The notes under the pieces are model-generated. The model saw nothing but the letters and a program-made list of their open reading frames with translations, was not told where the DNA came from and did not search any database. Positions 61,349 through 64,000 of a stretch of DNA of 64,000 nt are shown here, one piece after another. The position numbers and the translations under genes are program-made. The first letter of the stretch is position 1. Each line of letters opens with the position of its first letter. Origin of the DNA: Terriglobia bacterium. GTDB taxonomy: Bacteria; Acidobacteriota; Terriglobia; JAJPHL01; JAPKYU01. Location of the stretch: positions 96,001 to 160,000 of the forward strand of contig CBDCVK010000008.1 of assembly GCA_965223005.1 (NCBI GenBank). The letters are read 5' to 3'.

Positions 61349-63874
61349 ATGCCTGATATTAGCAAGCGTTTGGCAAAAGCCCAGAAGTACATGGAGAGGG
61401 GAAAGTACGCCGACGCCCTGGAAGAATACAAGCACGCCTACCGCGAGGATCCCGCCAACGACAACCTGGTCGAGATGATTGCAGACATGTATCTAAGGCA
61501 GAATGAGACTCAGAAGGCCTTGGACTGCTACGGCTATCTGTTCGACAAACGGGTGGAACAGAATGACAGCGCAGGAACCGTCCTGATGTATCGCAAGATG
61601 AGCAGGCTGGGCCCGCAGGACCCGGCCCGAACGCTGACCTGCGCCGAGTTTCAAGAGAAGCAGAAGCCGACCGAGGCGCTCGAGCTCTATCGGGCGTGCG
61701 TGGAAAAGTTCTTAGAGAGTGGCGACCAGGGCCAGGCGCTGAAGGCGCTCCGTCGGCTGGCCGCGCTGGACCCCGGCAACCCCTCGGAGCAGATCCGGTT
61801 GGGCGAACTGGCAGAAGGCATGGGACAAAAGGAGGAAGCCGCGCAGGCTTTTATCCGTGCAAGTGAAGCGCTGGGCGCCCGTGATTCCGGTGGTCGCTTC
61901 AGGGATCAGTCCGTGTCCCTCTTGGAACGCGCCTACTCCCTGGTCCCGGACGAACCCCGGATAGCGATCCCGCTGGCCACCGCGCTTGTTGACTCCGACA
62001 ATCCATCCCGTGCCGTCGAGGTGCTGGAATCGTTGCCGGCCCCGGCGACCGCCGAACGGAACCGGCTGCTGGTCCAAGCCTATCTGGCCGCCGGGAAATT
62101 CGACCAGGCCGAGACACTGCTGTGGGAGCTGACTCCCCGTTTGCCCGAGGCCTACACACACCTGTTTCGGGTATTTGAGAGCTACTTGGCTTCCGACGAT
62201 CGAGAGGCCGCGTTTCGTGTGTTGCAAAGGCTGAAGCAGGCCATGTTCTCGACGAACAAGGACGAGGAGTTCCTCGGCTGGGTCGAGGGACTAGAGCAAC
62301 AGAATTCGAACAACTTTGAGCTGCTGGAATTTCTGGCATCCACGTACCAGGAGCTGAACCAGGGCTCCAAGTGCAACGAGGTTCTGTCGCGCCTGTTCGA
62401 ACTCGCTATGAACGCAGGTGAGTACGTGAGGGCTACCCGCGCTTTCGAGAGCCTGACCGCCGCTCGCTCCAACCCTGCGGAGGATCAGCCACGCCTGGAA
62501 CGGCTGCGAGAGCACGTGGACGAGCAGACCTATCAGGCCCTTGCAGTACGCCTCCGCTCCGCGCCCAGCAATGCTGCTGCTCCCGACAGTTGGATGGACG
62601 CATTCGGGGTTGCGCCGGAAACGGGCGCTCACCCGGCGGAGGGGATAGCGCCGGCCGGCTCGCTGGAAGAGATGATATTGCAGGTCGAGCTTTTCCTTCA
62701 GTTCGGGCAGAAGGACGAGGCGATCCAGTACTTACAGCAGATCACGCAGTCGTTTCCTGGCGAGGACAGCCGGAACGAGAAGCTCCGCTCGCTGTTAGTC
62801 GAGGCCGGCCTGGCGGCCCCACCGGCGGCTGCTGCTTCCAAAGCAGCGGCTCCCGAAGAAGCTGCTGTGGACATGACCCGCATCTCGGCCATCGTTCGCA
62901 GCATCTACCGGCAGAGCACGGTCCAAAGTGTACTTTCCACCGGAGTGGGCGAAATCGGCAAGTCCTGGCAGGTCAGCCGGTGCGTGGTGACCCTGGGCGC
63001 GCCGGGGAGGCCGCCTACGGCAATGCAGGAATACCTGGCGGAGGGGATTCCGGAATCCGCGGGCGCCGCGGCGGTACCGCTGGTGAGCACGCTCGTGCAG
63101 CTCACTGTGGGTGGGGACCCGCTCGTCGTCGAAGACGCGAAAGGCGCGGCAGAGCTCTCCCGAGTCGCCCAGGCCGTTCAGTCGCTAGGCATCAAGTCAT
63201 TGCTGGCTTTGCCGCTGGTGGAGGGAGAGAAACAAAGCGGTGTGGTAGTGCTCGAGCAATGCGACCGGCCGCGCCGCTGGGATTCCCAACAGGTGGTGGC
63301 CCTGAAGACGGTCGTGGACCAGATGGCGATGGCCATTTCTAATGTCAGGTTGCGCAGCCTGATGAAGGTGGTGGCGGATGAGTCCTCGGGGCTGCTTGCC
63401 CGCAGCTCGTATGTGGACTACTTGCTATCGGAAACCGCCCGCGCCCAACGACAGAAGACGCCTTTGTCGGTCGCCTTGCTGCAGTTTGGCGAAGGCCCGC
63501 AAGCGGTCCGGGAGTTGGGGGAAAGCTACCTGCAGGAGTACATGCGGGAGGCTGCTCAGGGTCTGGCGGGCCACCTCCGGCAAAATGACGTTGGCATCCG
63601 CTATGACGCCACCACGCTGGCCATGGTGTTGAACGGCACCAACGGCAAGGACGCGCTCCCTGCCGTGGAACGAGTCCGGAGGATGGTGGCCAGCATCCGG
63701 ATCGGGGAACGAGCGGGCCTGCCGGTCACAGTGGGCGTTGCCGAGGCAGTCCTGCGCGGCGGGATCGAGCCGCCCGATATCGTCACCGAACTCATCAACC
63801 GTGTAGAGACGGCCTTGGAAACGGCCCACACCGAAGGCGCCAGCAGCAAGCTGCTGGCGCTGCCGGGGAAGTGA
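61349..63874 (+). CDS. TPR + GAF + degenerate GGDEF domain protein
   Basis: N-terminal TPR helices; GAF (IKSLLALPL..G...GVV.LEQCD.PRRW...L); GGDEF fold (DESSGLL, LRQND.GIRY, VTVGVAE) with DATTL replacing GGDEF. Confidence 0.82.
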   Translation: MPDISKRLAKAQKYMERGKYADALEEYKHAYREDPANDNLVEMIADMYLRQNETQKALDCYGYLFDKRVEQNDSAGTVLMYRKMSRLGPQDPARTLTCAEFQEKQKPTEALELYRACVEKFLESGDQGQALKALRRLAALDPGNPSEQIRLGELAEGMGQKEEAAQAFIRASEALGARDSGGRFRDQSVSLLERAYSLVPDEPRIAIPLATALVDSDNPSRAVEVLESLPAPATAERNRLLVQAYLAAGKFDQAETLLWELTPRLPEAYTHLFRVFESYLASDDREAAFRVLQRLKQAMFSTNKDEEFLGWVEGLEQQNSNNFELLEFLASTYQELNQGSKCNEVLSRLFELAMNAGEYVRATRAFESLTAARSNPAEDQPRLERLREHVDEQTYQALAVRLRSAPSNAAAPDSWMDAFGVAPETGAHPAEGIAPAGSLEEMILQVELFLQFGQKDEAIQYLQQITQSFPGEDSRNEKLRSLLVEAGLAAPPAAAASKAAAPEEAAVDMTRISAIVRSIYRQSTVQSVLSTGVGEIGKSWQVSRCVVTLGAPGRPPTAMQEYLAEGIPESAGAAAVPLVSTLVQLTVGGDPLVVEDAKGAAELSRVAQAVQSLGIKSLLALPLVEGEKQSGVVVLEQCDRPRRWDSQQVVALKTVVDQMAMAISNVRLRSLMKVVADESSGLLARSSYVDYLLSETARAQRQKTPLSVALLQFGEGPQAVRELGESYLQEYMREAAQGLAGHLRQNDVGIRYDATTLAMVLNGTNGKDALPAVERVRRMVASIRIGERAGLPVTVGVAEAVLRGGIEPPDIVTELINRVETALETAHTEGASSKLLALPGK

Positions 63875-64000
63875 CCCGTTACCTCAGGCGGTGCTGGGTA
63901 GGCGTGATCGTTTGTGGCTGCCTCCTGTGAGGGGGAGGGAAACGCGCAAAGCCTGCTCTGAGCTATTCAAAAGCCTTGACTTACCGCTGCGTAAGGCGTA

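Overview
GC-rich bacterial chromosomal window, probably from an Acidobacteriota genome or MAG. This assignment is inferred from gene content: a carboxypeptidase-regulatory-domain TonB receptor, PSD1/DUF1501 clusters, CRTAC1 and a kinase-type PD40 propeller. Two housekeeping flanks enclose a ~36 kb accessory region (about 12.5-49 kb). The left flank (1-12.5 kb) has a Ser/Thr kinase, hisS-aspS, folE, a TlpA-like protein, GT2, rhomboid and rlpA. The right flank (49-64 kb) has a peptidoglycan-recycling block (serine hydrolase, SSS transporter, murQ, nagA, murA), then trmJ-like, DUF72, fmdB-like, uvrB and a TPR-GAF-degenerate GGDEF gene. The accessory region holds sugar-acid-type catabolic enzymes, a dimethylformamidase-beta-like gene and a large uncharacterised envelope locus. 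That locus comprises CRTAC1, a 7-heme cytochrome/TPR protein, a TonB-dependent receptor, two PSD1 (DUF1549/DUF1553) heme proteins, a PPC-domain protein and three Tat-exported DUF1501 proteins, with fdhA embedded. Non-coding highlights are an ~80-nt candidate sRNA with its own promoter and terminator (58878-58993), a 4 x 21-bp array of GGAAnTTCC palindromes upstream of uvrB, and several tandem duplications of -10 boxes. Three genes between 22.4 and 35.2 kb are broken by five local lesions (22.7-33.7 kb) that look like assembly artefacts. No rRNA, tRNA, CRISPR array, integrase or transposase was seen. All family assignments come from motifs read by eye, not database searches.
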